A program made the position numbers and the translations under genes. 64,000 nucleotides of DNA from a virus (lineage: Duplodnaviria > Caudoviricetes). Each line of letters starts with the position of its first letter. Position 1 is the stretch's first letter. Below are positions 63,708 through 64,000 of the stretch, piece after piece. The notes beneath the pieces were generated by a model. That model worked only from the letters and a program-made list of their open reading frames with translations, ran no database searches and was not told where the DNA came from. The DNA lies in the IMG/VR virus record IMGVR_UViG_3300021387_000175, positions 32,001 to 96,000 of that record. One strand, 5' to 3'.

Positions 63708-63721
63708 AGAACGCATGTTCG
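63708..63721. promoter_or_regulatory. Firmicutes-type LexA (SOS) box
   Basis: AGAACGCATGTTCG matches GAAC-N4-GTTC; just downstream of candidate promoter TTGTCC-18 nt-TATAGT (63663-63692). Confidence 0.6.
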
Positions 63722-63801
63722 ATTTTGCGGTTGATTTTCACTGCTGTCTGTGATATAACAAGAGTAAGTAGTAAAATGTATGTTCAATTCAAGGAGGACA
63801 T

Positions 63802-64000
63802 ATGAAAGGAATCAGTATTGTAAATAGCTTACAGGAAAAAGGGAAAATTATTCTTCTTAAGGATGGTGATGCAAAAGAAGCGATGAAAGAAGAATATCGA
63901 AAGGCAATTCATAGTACTCCAAATTGGAGCAAAAATAATAGTTACTTAGATCCTTATGGAATTTTTGCACAGGTAGCTGATGGAAGTATGACAAACGTTA
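63802..64000 (+). CDS. Hypothetical protein, cut by the window edge
   Basis: ATG 63802 after AAGGAGG, open to the end. Confidence 0.65.
   Translation, partial: MKGISIVNSLQEKGKIILLKDGDAKEAMKEEYRKAIHSTPNWSKNNSYLDPYGIFAQVADGSMTNV

Noticed and set aside
1-64000. Stop-codon reassignment, DGR or retron, inteins
   Set aside because: Genes are intact and dense in the standard code; no reverse transcriptase motif or intein signature seen in terL or the RNAP.

Overview
Segment of a large, AT-rich, standard-code Firmicutes (probably Clostridia-type) siphovirus or prophage whose gene order resembles the Bacillus SPbeta late region. Bases 1-49.4 kb are a minus-strand block: small early/middle genes, a YonO-like single-subunit RNA polymerase, HU, tRNA-Pro, PIN-PhoH, ClpP-like protein, phosphoesterase, tRNA-Asn, terminase, portal, protease/scaffold, capsid, head-tail genes, tail tube, RusA, a giant tape measure protein and a tail-tip gene cut by the window edge. 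Two ORF-less group I introns split the tape measure gene (spliced about 5364 aa) and the tail tube gene (spliced 265 aa); both splice sites can be read from the sequence. Three small plus-strand genes with sigmaA-type promoters sit antisense inside the late block, and one looks like a type I toxin. After a sharp composition and strand switch at 49.4-50.4 kb, a plus-strand block of small, mostly unknown genes carries three intergenic tRNA-like elements that keep the acceptor stem and T-arm but lack a normal anticodon arm. These are the best candidate here for an undescribed RNA system. Product calls come from motif recognition and synteny; no database searches were run.
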